NCBI GenBank assembly: GCA_963706325.1
Contig: CAVPLT010000007.1
Span: 384,001-448,000 of the forward strand
DNA from: an uncultured Nitrospiraceae bacterium
Lineage (GTDB): Bacteria > Nitrospirota > Nitrospiria > Nitrospirales > Nitrospiraceae
Length of the DNA stretch: 64,000 nt
Reading direction: 5' to 3'
Made by a program: the position numbers and the translations under genes. The notes below the pieces were generated by a model, which worked only from the letters and a program-made list of their open reading frames with translations, did not search any database and was not told the DNA's origin. The number at the start of each line of letters is the position of its first letter. The first letter of the stretch is position 1. Positions 42,771-52,838 of the stretch are shown piece after piece.

Positions 42771-42992
42771 TCACTTTTCCAGAACGTGCTTCTCTGCTGG
42801 TTTAGTGTATTGCTGCAGCCTTTTCTTCGGTCCCGAGCGACCAGGTTGGGCACTGGCGGGAGATGGACTTCGTTGGTGCAGCCAACGAGTGAAGCGCTTG
42901 TACAATGCATCCACCAAGTTATCGATGGCGAGCACAACAGCGCCAATTATGAATAAGCTTAGAACGAGTGCTATCTCCACATTGATGGACAT
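42771..42992 (-). CDS. Small single-TM hypothetical protein
   Basis: N-terminal hydrophobic helix, basic tail. Confidence 0.45.
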   Translation of the reverse strand: MSINVEIALVLSLFIIGAVVLAIDNLVDALYKRFTRWLHQRSPSPASAQPGRSGPKKRLQQYTKPAEKHVLEK

Positions 42993-43141
42993 ACTATTTA
43001 TTCGCACTCACGTTGCGCGTGTGTTGTAAGTGATGCGTACTAACCGAATCGGCTTCTCCACTCAAATGTGAGGATGCAGGGGTCAGGAGGCTTTTGCTAG
43101 CCCTGACAGGTGCATCCTGAATTTCCCTGAGATTCTGACCA

Positions 43142-43387
43142 TCAAGCGACCAGCCGAGTGATCGCCTTCGCTGCCACTTGGCCGGTATAGCCGTTGGCTG
43201 CGTGAGTACTGCAGGTGTTAGCTAGAGACGTGGATCCCTGTAGAGTGCGATTGTTCTGCAAAACGCTATCGAAGACATTGCCACAGTTCATGCAGCGCCA
43301 CGCTTGCAGCCACATGGGGCCGGACGAGTCCTCCATATCCAATAGATAATCTTCGACCATGCAGCCATTGCATCGTGAGCAACTCAT
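43142..43387 (-). CDS. Small zinc-ribbon protein (CSRC...CMNC)
   Basis: GGAGGA SD; paralogue of 9282-9503. Confidence 0.75.
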   Translation of the reverse strand: MSCSRCNGCMVEDYLLDMEDSSGPMWLQAWRCMNCGNVFDSVLQNNRTLQGSTSLANTCSTHAANGYTGQVAAKAITRLVA

Positions 43388-43930
43388 AATGATGTCCTCC
43401 ATTGTTCAGTGCCTATGTGTAAGCGTAGAACCTGAGCGTCGTCTCGGATAGACCTGAATGAAGTACCCTCTTAGTGGTACCTCTGTGGCAGTCGCTGCCC
43501 CGCTGTGAATATTGCTTCCAACTCTTGATTAACAATTGCGGAGATTTTGTTGGTCATGTGCATGTATGAGTTGGACCGCCATCCGTATGAATGCGGCGAT
43601 GGTGGTGCGGCTTACGGATTAGACCCGCTATTCTTAGAACGAACTCGCGATCCTTAACCTATTAGCTGGGTTGTGAAGTCGCTCTTTTTGTGGATCAGGA
43701 ACAAGAGGTGGAAAAATCTAAAGGGAAAGGCAACGCCTTGTCTGACGTGATGGTCTTCGGAATAATGCCCGCCGTCCAAACACATAATGGACGAATCCCG
43801 TTCCACTCACGTGGCGGGCTAAGGTCGGACTGGGCGAATCGAGTTTGGACGCTCTATGTGCGCGGAGGGGAGTTATTTCGACGTGCTGGTTGCCTGAGAT
43901 GATGATTACCTATGTGTTGCAAGATCCCAC

Positions 43931-44293
43931 CTAGTCCGCCGCCGTAATGATCAGCTCAGATCGTGAATCCTGAAATTCAAACGCCAGGGGGAGGTGTTCG
44001 CCGATCAAATGGCTGAGTCGACCGCGTTCGTCGGCATCCATCATGAGAAGCTCCACTCCGAATCGGCTCCCCTGCACCCACTTCACCTTCGCCAATTTCA
44101 CCATTACGGGTCGATGATGTTCGGGTATGCTTATCTTGAGCGTCAGATGGTCTCCATCCATTAGACTAGGAAGTGTCGTGCGCGAGATCCCGCTGAGGCT
44201 GGTATCAAAGATGCGGCCTTCCTCTGCACAACCCACGGCCAGATGCGAAAGGACGCAATAGACGACGAATTTCGGATGTGAGCGGCCTGCCAT
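43931..44293 (-). CDS. Single-domain PilZ protein (degenerate RxxxR)
   Basis: RSHPK ... DTSLSG ... AKVKW ... FGVE. Confidence 0.75.
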   Translation of the reverse strand: MAGRSHPKFVVYCVLSHLAVGCAEEGRIFDTSLSGISRTTLPSLMDGDHLTLKISIPEHHRPVMVKLAKVKWVQGSRFGVELLMMDADERGRLSHLIGEHLPLAFEFQDSRSELIITAAD

Positions 44294-44648
44294 CCTGTCC
44301 TCCCTGTGGCTTGTGGTCGATGCAGCCCATAGGCTGCATGTGACACTAACTCCTTGAAGCGGCAGCAGATAGTCTCCAAAGTGGGTACTTCAAATGATGG
44401 GTGCCTCATGATATGTGAGATGTCTCATCCGAAATGAAAACGAAACCTGAGGCGGGTCCCAGCAAATGCGTATCTCAAGCGGAGAACAGCTTGCTTCCGA
44501 GTGAATATTACGAGCGGGTAAATTGAAGACTGAAGGTCTTATCAGAACTCATCCCAACCGCAGTGTCTGAATAAATGCCTGCCTGCGCATGCAGGGAGCA
44601 TAAATCGGCCTGATCTAGCCGGGCTCACAAGATCGGCAAAGTTGAGCT

Positions 44649-45197
44649 TTACTGAGGTCTGCCTGTGATGACGAGGTCACGGTCTTGCTCAATCTGGGAT
44701 GCCAGACTGTGAAGGGCTTGGATAGTGGCATCCGCGATTGGTTCCTGATCGGAGGCGGTAGTCCAACGAACGGAGGATCCCATGGCCTCACCTTCCGCTG
44801 CATAGGTCTTGAGGACCGGCTTGCCTGAATAAGAAAGATCGCCCTCCAAATGCACTCTGTACAAATAACGGTCAGGCGCGCGAAGTGTGAGCCACGCTTT
44901 CATAACCAGGCGCATCTCAGCGGGCGCTGCACCAATCACGGTGAAGGTCTGCCGTTGGGTAAAGTACTCGACCGTCGTTTGGCGAAGTTCTTTCACTGGC
45001 CATTCGAGGAGGGTAATCCCCGGCATATGGTCGGGCCCTTCAATGGCGAGGAAGGGCAGATCCAGCTGCACGCTGACGGGGAGGGATGCGGAAGGTGTAT
45101 CAGTTGCTGGCACCATGACGTAAATTCGATGCACGCATCCGTTTCCGAGGAGGCTGACGCCAAGCAACAATGTGATTAATTGATGCCGCATGTCCAT
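44649..45197 (-). CDS. Hypothetical lipoprotein
   Basis: Signal peptide with LGNGC. Confidence 0.7.
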   Translation of the reverse strand: MDMRHQLITLLLGVSLLGNGCVHRIYVMVPATDTPSASLPVSVQLDLPFLAIEGPDHMPGITLLEWPVKELRQTTVEYFTQRQTFTVIGAAPAEMRLVMKAWLTLRAPDRYLYRVHLEGDLSYSGKPVLKTYAAEGEAMGSSVRWTTASDQEPIADATIQALHSLASQIEQDRDLVITGRPQ

Positions 45198-45222
45198 GAT
45201 TGCGAAGTGTCCAGATACCCCG

Positions 45223-45708
45223 CTACCGTACGGCAGGCGCAGGATTAAGGATGTTCAAGTCGCGGATGGCGCGCGCGGCCTGCTCGCGATAGGTGCGTTC
45301 CGTGGGACCGGCGTATGTGTCAATCACTCGCTGATAGGTCCCGCGCGCTTGGGAATACTGCTTCTTGATCGCTAGATACTGGCCTAGGGCCAGCCAGTTT
45401 TGAGCAGCCGTTTCATTGGCCGTGCGCATATCGGTCCATTCACGGTCGACCTGGTTCGTTTCTGCCTTGTTGACCCGTCGAGTTATGATCTCACCTAATT
45501 GCGCTGAAAGATGTTCGATGGCTTCATTCTCCCGCACAGCGGCCGCGACGCGATCATGTTTTAAGTGATCGTAGAAGGATTCCACATGAACTTTGATGGA
45601 ATCCGCGCGTTTTTCGTGGATGTCATGAGAGCAATGGGCGAGAGTGAGGCATAGAGAAAGTAGCCACAGTCCCTGCCACATCGAGAGCCCTCGTGAGCGA
45701 ATCACCAT
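45223..45708 (-). CDS. Lipoprotein with TPR-like C-terminus
   Basis: LAHC lipobox; WLALGQ...ARGTYQRVIDTY. Confidence 0.7.
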   Translation of the reverse strand: MVIRSRGLSMWQGLWLLSLCLTLAHCSHDIHEKRADSIKVHVESFYDHLKHDRVAAAVRENEAIEHLSAQLGEIITRRVNKAETNQVDREWTDMRTANETAAQNWLALGQYLAIKKQYSQARGTYQRVIDTYAGPTERTYREQAARAIRDLNILNPAPAVR

Positions 45709-45813
45709 CGTCGACTCCTCCCATGTAGAACATTCTCACTACGGTACGGTTAAGCGGAGGGATAATCGATCCTATCCCAGCGAGACCAAGAAACGCGAGG
45801 CCGTCTAGGAGTG

Positions 45814-47784
45814 CTATGAGACAGGTTTTAAGAAGAGCACTGCCAGGGGAGGTAGTGTGAGCGATAGGCAGTGCGAGCGCCCATGGGTCGGTACAATCTC
45901 TGCCACTAGGCCACCGAGATTGCCCAATCCGCTGCCGCCATAGACCGGGGCATCGCTATTCAACAGTTCCTTCCAGTAGCCACCTTGCGGGACGCCGATG
46001 TGGTAGTGCTGGCGCGGCACTGGCGTAAAATTGCAGATGACGGCTATGCTCTGCTGGGGGGACCGCCCATGGCGCAGCAGGCTGATGACTCCGGCGTCCA
46101 CATCCTGGCAGTCGATCCATTCGAACCCGCGCGCGTCAAAGTCGAATTCATGGAGCGCCGGTTCCGTGCGGTAGAGATGGTTGAGGTCGGCCACCCACTG
46201 CTGCAATCCCTGATGGGGAGGGTATTCGAGCAAGTTCCAGTCGAGGCTATCGTCATGCGCCCATTCGCGCCATTGGCCGATCTCTCCTCCCATGAAAATG
46301 AGTTTCTTGGCCGCTTGCGCATACATGTATCCGAAGAGCGTCCGGAGATTGGCGAATTTCTGCCAATCATCGCCCGGCATTTTCCGCAGGAGCGAGCCCT
46401 TGCCATGGACCACTTCGTCGTGGGAGAGCGGAAGCAAAAAATTCTCCTGAAAAGCATAGAGCATGCGAAAGGTGAGGTTGCGGTGGTGATGTTTACGATA
46501 GACCGGATCAAGCGCCATGTACTCCAGCGTGTCATGCATCCAGCCCATATCCCATTTCATCCCGAATCCCAGTCCTCCCGCGTAGGTGGGGCGCGAGACG
46601 GAGGGCCATGAGGTGGATTCCTCGGCAAAAGTTTGCACATCCGGGTGTCGACGATAGATCTCTTCATTCATTTGTCGCAGGAAGGCGATCGCCTCAAGGT
46701 TTTCTCGGCCACCATATCGGTTGGAAATCCATTCGCCTTCTTTGCGGGAGTAATCCAGATACAACATGGAGGCGACAGCATCCACGCGTAGCCCGTCGGC
46801 ATGATATTGCTCGAGCCAAAAGAGAGCGCTGCTGATCAGGAAACTGCGGACTTCATTGCGGCTGTAGTTGAAGACAGCGGTGTCCCAGTCCGGATGGAGG
46901 CCTTGCCGCGGATCCGCATGTTCGAAGAGATGAGTGCCGTCGAATCGGCTCAGGCCATGCGCATCAGTCGGAAAATGCGAGGGAACCCAGTCCAGGATCA
47001 CGCCGATCTCATGTTGATGGAGCTGGTCTATGAGATACATAAGGTCCTGCGGCGTACCGTAGTTGCCGGAAGGCGCAAAGTAGCCTGTCGTCTGATACCC
47101 CCAGGAACCAAAAAATGGGTGGTCCATGAGAGGAAGAAATTCCACATGCGTGAAACCCAGTCGCTGCACGTACTCGATCAGTTTCGGGGCGGCTTCCCGA
47201 TAGCTCAGTGACCGGTTGCCTTCGCTTGGCACACGCATCCAGGAGCCGAGGTGTACTTCGTAGATGCTGATTGGTGCGTTGAGCCCATTATGCCGCGCGC
47301 GACTCCCCATCCAGGATTCGTCCTGCCAGGCATAGTCTAGTGACCAGACGACCGAGGCGGATTTCGGTGGAATCTCATTCAGTCTGGCAAACGGATCGGT
47401 CTTGATGAGCTCGGCGCCGTGATGCCGTGATCGAATATGAAATTTATAGAGCGCGCCAATCCCGACCCCGGATATGAATCCTTCCCAAATGCCTGATGAC
47501 TGGCAGGGGCGAAGAGGGTGACGAGAGGGGTCCCAATGATTAAAGGTTCCGAAGACCGAAACCAGTTCAGCCGCCGGAGCCCAGACGGCAAAATAGGTTC
47601 CCTCGACTCCATCCACAGTCGTGGGGTGCGCACCGAGTTTGTCATAGAGGTGAAAATGGGACCCTTCATTAAATAGATAGAGATCGTCCGCCGTCAGGAG
47701 GCTCACGACTGCGGGCGTGACGTCGTTCTGCTGCGTGGTGGTCCCGGGGCGGTCGCCTATGCCATGATTTGAAAGTGGATCCAT
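45814..47784 (-). CDS. glgB: 1,4-alpha-glucan branching enzyme
   Basis: FAVWAP, IYEVHLGSW, SWGYQ, DWVPSHFP, GLRVDAVASM, AEEST, LSHDEVVHGK. Confidence 0.96.
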   Translation of the reverse strand: MDPLSNHGIGDRPGTTTQQNDVTPAVVSLLTADDLYLFNEGSHFHLYDKLGAHPTTVDGVEGTYFAVWAPAAELVSVFGTFNHWDPSRHPLRPCQSSGIWEGFISGVGIGALYKFHIRSRHHGAELIKTDPFARLNEIPPKSASVVWSLDYAWQDESWMGSRARHNGLNAPISIYEVHLGSWMRVPSEGNRSLSYREAAPKLIEYVQRLGFTHVEFLPLMDHPFFGSWGYQTTGYFAPSGNYGTPQDLMYLIDQLHQHEIGVILDWVPSHFPTDAHGLSRFDGTHLFEHADPRQGLHPDWDTAVFNYSRNEVRSFLISSALFWLEQYHADGLRVDAVASMLYLDYSRKEGEWISNRYGGRENLEAIAFLRQMNEEIYRRHPDVQTFAEESTSWPSVSRPTYAGGLGFGMKWDMGWMHDTLEYMALDPVYRKHHHRNLTFRMLYAFQENFLLPLSHDEVVHGKGSLLRKMPGDDWQKFANLRTLFGYMYAQAAKKLIFMGGEIGQWREWAHDDSLDWNLLEYPPHQGLQQWVADLNHLYRTEPALHEFDFDARGFEWIDCQDVDAGVISLLRHGRSPQQSIAVICNFTPVPRQHYHIGVPQGGYWKELLNSDAPVYGGSGLGNLGGLVAEIVPTHGRSHCLSLTLPPLAVLFLKPVS

Positions 47785-47944
47785 AGGTGCAGAGTACTGT
47801 GCATCGGGGCAGGGCGTCAATCAGCTGGCATGATCCGATGAAAGCTATTTGTCCGTAGCGGGAGCAGACAGTATCCACGATCAAGCTAGTGACACCTCTC
47901 AAGCAAGTATGGTATGAATCACCCGCTCGTAGGCGTCTCTGTGC

Positions 47945-48022
47945 GTCCCCATCGTCTAGCCTGGCCTAGGACATTGCCCTTTCAAGGCAGTAACACGGGT
48001 TCAAATCCCGTTGGGGACACCA
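47945..48022 (+). tRNA. tRNA-Glu (TTC)
   Basis: Acceptor GTCCCCA/TGGGGAC, anticodon loop CTTTCAA, T-loop TTCAAAT, encoded CCA. Confidence 0.96.
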
Positions 48023-48092
48023 GCCTAATAAACCCCGCACCAGCATTGGCGATTCAGCGTTTGGCTGTGATGTGTAGAAGGAGCTACACTTC

Positions 48093-49637
48093 ATGCCTAA
48101 ACTTTTACTGCATCGCGGCACCCTCTACCAGCGCTCAATAATCCCGAAATCACTACGGCACTTCTTCGACGGCAAGGTACAATCGTGGCGTAGTCTCCGG
48201 ACATTGGATAGGGAGTTGGCAGGGGTGCGCTCGGCTCGGCTGGAGTACGAGGCGAGGCGTTTATTTTACACTTTGGAGCATTCCACGATGGAAAAGGCTC
48301 AGATCGCGGCACTTATCCGGCAGTGGCAGGACACGGCGCTTGAAGCTGGAGAGGACGAACGGATAATAAACAGCCCCCTCTCGTCGAACAGAATCGACTC
48401 GGCAGAGACGGCACTCTCGGTGGCACTTGAAGAAACCCACGAGGCATTGGTATCCGGAGAGTATGGTGCAGTGGCCGGTGAAGTGGACGAACTACTGGCA
48501 GCGCACAACCTCACTCGGCTCGATCACGGCTCAGAGTCGTACAAGCGGCTGGCGAGGGAACTGCTCAAGGCAAAGGTGGAAGTGTTTCGGGTTGAGTTAG
48601 AGCGATGGCAAGGGGAGTACCGACACAATGGCTCAGCGGCGGTGCATTCTCCCATCCCATCGGCCAAGGAACGGACACCTAGCAAACCCTTCTCGGAAGT
48701 CGCGGCCCTCTACTTCAAGGAACACAAGCGTGCTCAGAGGACTGACGAACAGATTCAATCAAGTTTCAAGAAGTTCCTCGTGATCATCGACGGTAACAAG
48801 CCCATCGGTGACATCACGAAGGCTGACTGTCGGCAGTACAAGGAGACGCTGCTCAAGTCTGTTGGCATCGCCACAGTGAATAAGAATTTACACAACCTCT
48901 CGCACCTGTGGAATTGGGCGCTCGGGCAGGGGTTCGTTCAAGAGGGAAGCACATCGCCGGTTGCGGGACTGTTGATCAACAAGAGGCTAGCAAAGAAAGA
49001 GAAGCTACAGCGCAAGCCCTTCACTGATTCAGACCTCGCGGCTATCCTCGGCCACAAGGAATTTTTATCACAGCGGGTAGACTGTCCTGAGCGGTACTGG
49101 CTCGTGCTGTGTCTCCTGCTCTCGGGTGCTCGACGCGAAGAGATCGCACAACTTGCCGTTGCCGACATTCAGCACGCGGACGGTATTCACTACTTCGACA
49201 TCACCAACGAAGGCGAGTCTCAGTCGCTCAAGAACCAAGGCAGCAAGCGGTGGGTGCCCATTCACTCAGAGTTAGTGCGCCTCGGATTCATTGACTACGT
49301 AGGGAAGCAACGGCGCGGCGGTCGCTTGTTCCCACAACTGGAGAAAGGCAGCAACGGGTATGGTGACGCGGTTGGGAAGTGGTTCGGGCGGCTGCTTCGC
49401 CAGTTCCTCCGCATTACCGATCCAGGGCTTGTGCTGCATTCGACTCGGCACACAGTTATCACGAGGCTACATGCGGCGGGTGTGCCTACGAACCTCGTTG
49501 AGATATTGGTAGGTCACGCGAGTAACACGGTCCACGGCACTGTCTACGTACATCGTGAGGACATCCGCTCAAGTTGTTGGCTGATGCGCTTGAGCGGTTG
49601 GTCTATCCTGCCTTAAAGACATTGGAAGCGGCGTGAT
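48093..49637 (+). CDS. Tyrosine integrase (DUF6538-like N-terminus) with a probable -1 frameshift near 49565
   Basis: GARREE, HSTRH, VGH, TVY catalytic set. The annotated frame stops at 49616; the alternative frame gives PLKLLADALERLVYPALKTLEAA* ending 49637. Confidence 0.88.
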
Positions 49638-49980
49638 GTATTATCTCCGCAATTCCTGGGGAGGGGGGCATAGGAAGAGAATTTCCATTGTTCTCGCCAT
49701 TTTGATTCTAACTCTATCGGGCTGCTCCCACATCAAGGTCGTTTCGTTCGACAAGCGACATAATACCGTCACCATTCAGGGCGGCAAGTGGGCTTCTGAT
49801 GAGGATTATCAGAAAGCCGCCGATGAATATTGTCATCAACCAGCCACCTTGCTTGCAATGAACGAAACGACTGTGGGCACTTATACGAACACGAATGCTC
49901 AGTTCTATGGTAGGTCTGCAAATGCACAGGCAACGAGTATGGGAATTGCCAGGTACAATAAGACGTTTACTTGTTCTTGA
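49633..49980 (+). CDS. Hypothetical lipoprotein
   Basis: LSGC lipobox; additional Cys pair (EYC, FTC). Confidence 0.65.
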   Translation: MMYYLRNSWGGGHRKRISIVLAILILTLSGCSHIKVVSFDKRHNTVTIQGGKWASDEDYQKAADEYCHQPATLLAMNETTVGTYTNTNAQFYGRSANAQATSMGIARYNKTFTCS

Positions 49981-50015
49981 TTTCCTTTCCAACCAGAGTT
50001 CAAGTCTCTACTTGT

Positions 50016-50363
50016 TCAAGTAATCATCAGCGAACGGTAAGCCTTCTTCATCGCTCTCCGCAGTCTGCTGTACGCGGCACGCTTGGCCAACAACTCGGGC
50101 GTTCGTCGTTTCTTGTAGTTCGCACGCTCCCGCTTGAGTGACTTGGTGAGGTTCTTCAATCGACTCTTGCGGACAGCCTCACGGGTCGCCTCCGGACTCT
50201 TCTTGGCCCACTCTGCATTGATCGCCTTCGCCTTTACAGGGTCAGCCTTGTACGTAGCCTTGCTCCGTCTCCGGACTGCTTTGGCCTTCTGTCGTTGGAA
50301 TCCTGGCTTGTCCTTGAGCTTGTGATGGTAGACACGAGGGAGGGACTTCTTAGTGGCAGACAT
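50016..50363 (-). CDS. Highly basic helical protein
   Basis: K/R-rich with YKADP / WAKKSPE pseudo-repeats; overlaps the upstream 65-aa ORF. Confidence 0.55.
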   Translation of the reverse strand: MSATKKSLPRVYHHKLKDKPGFQRQKAKAVRRRSKATYKADPVKAKAINAEWAKKSPEATREAVRKSRLKNLTKSLKRERANYKKRRTPELLAKRAAYSRLRRAMKKAYRSLMIT

Positions 50364-50547
50364 AGAGCACTTCCTTTGCGTTTGGGCTGGTACGTACTTG
50401 GCCCTTGCGGCCTTCGATTGGCAGCATGACGAATCGGCCACCCTCGAGACTGGGCCGGTAGGGTGCGTAGAATTTCCCGAGAGGACTGTACGGCACGTTG
50501 AGGTCAATGTCGGTATCGAACAAGGCTAACAAGTCGCGGTTCTTCAT
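50350..50547 (-). CDS. Small hypothetical protein
   Basis: AAGGAG SD, 65 aa. Confidence 0.5.
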   Translation of the reverse strand: MKNRDLLALFDTDIDLNVPYSPLGKFYAPYRPSLEGGRFVMLPIEGRKGQVRTSPNAKEVLYVCH

Positions 50548-50716
50548 TGGCTCTCCTTCAATTTTGCTGTTGAGCGATGTAGCCTCGTGTGCTACAAGAT
50601 TTCACGTATGAATCGGCGCTTCCATCCCAAGCACAGCGTTTCCAACAGAGGTAGAAATTGTGCTCAATCATGGATAACCAAGGGCAGTGGTCGGGATCGC
50701 TGAAAGCTCAGGAGTA

Positions 50717-51265
50717 ATGGATGAAATCCTCAAGGATCTTCATGATCCACGGTGGTGGTTCACCGCAATCTTAATTGCAATTCTGGTCAGCATCCTCGCG
50801 GGGTTCCTTAAGGATGCAACCTCGCGGTGGATAGCTCGTTACTCAGACTGGTATCGGAAAAGAAGGGCGGCAACTCTGGCAAGGCGGGAGTTTCAGTTGG
50901 AGATGCTTGTTTCAAATCCAAACTTGTTATCCGCTCACAATTCGTTCACCATCACACGACTACTGATGTTCGTGATGATGTCTGCGGTGTTCCTTTACAT
51001 GCCTATTTTTATCGAACTGTCGTTCAGCGGCCAGTCGCCTTACTTCACCAAGAGTCGTCCTGCGGATTTCACGCTGATGAATTCAGCGCTTCGCACGTTC
51101 TTCATGCTGGTAGGGATCGTCTGCACCTGTCTTGGCTACTCCGCCATGTCCTCCCTCGCAGTAACCAGTCGGGCCTACCGTGAGCTTATCCGTCGGCATC
51201 TGGCAGTACTCAGAGAAGAGGAGGAGCAACGTGGGCAGGTGATGGCACACGACCGGCCTGAATAG
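50717..51265 (+). CDS. Hypothetical 3-TM membrane protein
   Basis: AGGAG SD; three hydrophobic segments. Confidence 0.65.
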   Translation: MDEILKDLHDPRWWFTAILIAILVSILAGFLKDATSRWIARYSDWYRKRRAATLARREFQLEMLVSNPNLLSAHNSFTITRLLMFVMMSAVFLYMPIFIELSFSGQSPYFTKSRPADFTLMNSALRTFFMLVGIVCTCLGYSAMSSLAVTSRAYRELIRRHLAVLREEEEQRGQVMAHDRPE

Positions 51266-51472
51266 TGTTCGGCGGTTCGTGCGACAATACGCCACAGCGT
51301 AGGGGCCTACCGGATTTCCGATAGACCCCAATCTGCCGTGATTCTCGCTCGCCATTTGCGCTGTCCTTATACGTACTTCTATCAACTCCTCATTAGACAT
51401 ATCGCACTTCCAAGCCTGCCGTGTTCCACTGTGCTGATTGACCTCTCCTCAAGGAAAGGACGCGGCACAGGC

Positions 51473-51568
51473 ATGGATGACCGTGATTACTGGATATATG
51501 GCGCGGTGGTGGTGGCGGTGGTGGTGGCGGTGCTTTGGATTGTAGTACTCGCTTGGATGGTGTGGTGA
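51473..51568 (+). CDS. 31-aa hydrophobic peptide
   Basis: MDDRDYWIYGAVVVAVVVAVLWIVVLAWMVW; stop abuts the next ATG. Confidence 0.4.
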   Translation: MDDRDYWIYGAVVVAVVVAVLWIVVLAWMVW

Positions 51569-51751
51569 ATGGAAAACGTCCGTCAAGAACTCCAAGACTT
51601 CGCGCGCGTGTGTGAGTCCCTGCTATCTACCTGGGACGACAAACCACCCATGAACATCGCTGAACTCTCCGTCGTTTGTTATTATGCATCGTCCATGATG
51701 GATCGCTGCAAGGCTCTCATCGCTGGCAAGAATGAGCAGAGGCCCCAGTAG
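51569..51751 (+). CDS. Small hypothetical protein
   Basis: 60 aa, translationally coupled to the upstream peptide. Confidence 0.45.
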   Translation: MENVRQELQDFARVCESLLSTWDDKPPMNIAELSVVCYYASSMMDRCKALIAGKNEQRPQ

Positions 51752-51962
51752 ATCGATCCACCAAGGGTCAGTCCATCCAAGTGTGTTTCTCGACTCATTA
51801 GCTTCAACGAGGAAGGCCGGGAATGGATCTACGTATCACCAAAAGGGCGGTAGGTATTCCATCAAGGCCGTAACGCTTGGGGAGTGGACGATCAGTGTGG
51901 TGGACTTGCCGTGATGCTCGGCTAACTGCGGTGCTGATCCTGTTCCAATGAACGTCGGGAGG

Positions 51963-52145
51963 TTAGTCTTTTGCAGATTCAAAACGGAGTTGCTGTTCAT
52001 CGTATTCCACTCGTGCTCTTAAGCCCTCATCCACTAATCGGCTCTCCGTTAGCCGACCATTGATTGCTCGGAGCTTGGTTACGCGTTCCTTGAGCGACTT
52101 ATCAACATAGTCGAATACTTTGGCCGAGTGTTTTACCCACGTCAC
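51963..52145 (-). CDS. Ribbon-helix-helix-like small protein
   Basis: GGAGG SD with GTG start; strand-helix-helix pattern (VFDYVDKSLKERV...TESRLVDEGL). Confidence 0.5.
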   Translation of the reverse strand: MTWVKHSAKVFDYVDKSLKERVTKLRAINGRLTESRLVDEGLRARVEYDEQQLRFESAKD

Positions 52146-52451
52146 CCTCCACCCGTAACTCCATGGACGATTGCGGCAGGCACCTCTGACACCAGCGAGT
52201 CCGGTTTGGCGGCTGCTTCATCGGGCCGAATTTCAGACGTTTTTCTCTTCTCCGCGTCCAACGACTTGTAGATTAATAATTTGAACGATGTCAACCCATA
52301 ACTGGTTGTGTCTTTGTCAGGGTTTTGCTCCCAAACCCAGTTGCAAGCGCGACATTTCGTCCTGAAGGACAATACCTCCGACCCTCTTTCCCAGTAGCTG
52401 TTAGCTAGAGTCCTTTGGTCTATTTCCCAATCATGTGGGTGACGAGAAATT

Positions 52452-52838
52452 CTACCTTGCGAATTTAATGGCTTGCCCGGTGCACGTAATACTTTTCCAG
52501 CATCGATTGAAGAAGGTCCTCCCTCGCGGAGCATCGCACTTGACATTCTTAACGCCGTCGGCCGCATGATCCTTTGCCCAATATTTCGCCTCGTTTATCG
52601 CATCTGTCTCGGTCGCCGCTCGGTCATCTCTCCTAAATTGGCACGAGGTCCCCGCCACACCATCGATGACGACATGCTCTTTCCCTGTCAGGTCGCTTTC
52701 GGTGTAAGCGGGCAGTTTGACCACGGCGTCACGGGCATCAGCAGAGAGCGACTCCATCTTTGTGACGGGAGCGCCAGTCGCGATACAACCTTCTATCAGG
52801 ACTATAGCTAGTAGCAAACCAGGACGCGTAATGAGCAT
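52452..52838 (-). CDS. RcsF-like lipoprotein
   Basis: Lipobox-like IEGC; GTSCQ...ADGVKNVKC...CWKSITCTGQAI four-Cys pattern. Confidence 0.65.
   Translation of the reverse strand: MLITRPGLLLAIVLIEGCIATGAPVTKMESLSADARDAVVKLPAYTESDLTGKEHVVIDGVAGTSCQFRRDDRAATETDAINEAKYWAKDHAADGVKNVKCDAPRGRTFFNRCWKSITCTGQAIKFAR

Larger units (their letters stand above)
48023..52450. mobile_element. Degenerate integrative element / prophage remnant at tRNA-Glu
   Basis: Integrase 70 nt after the tRNA, then short phage-like orphans; right boundary approximate, no attR copy seen. Confidence 0.6.
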
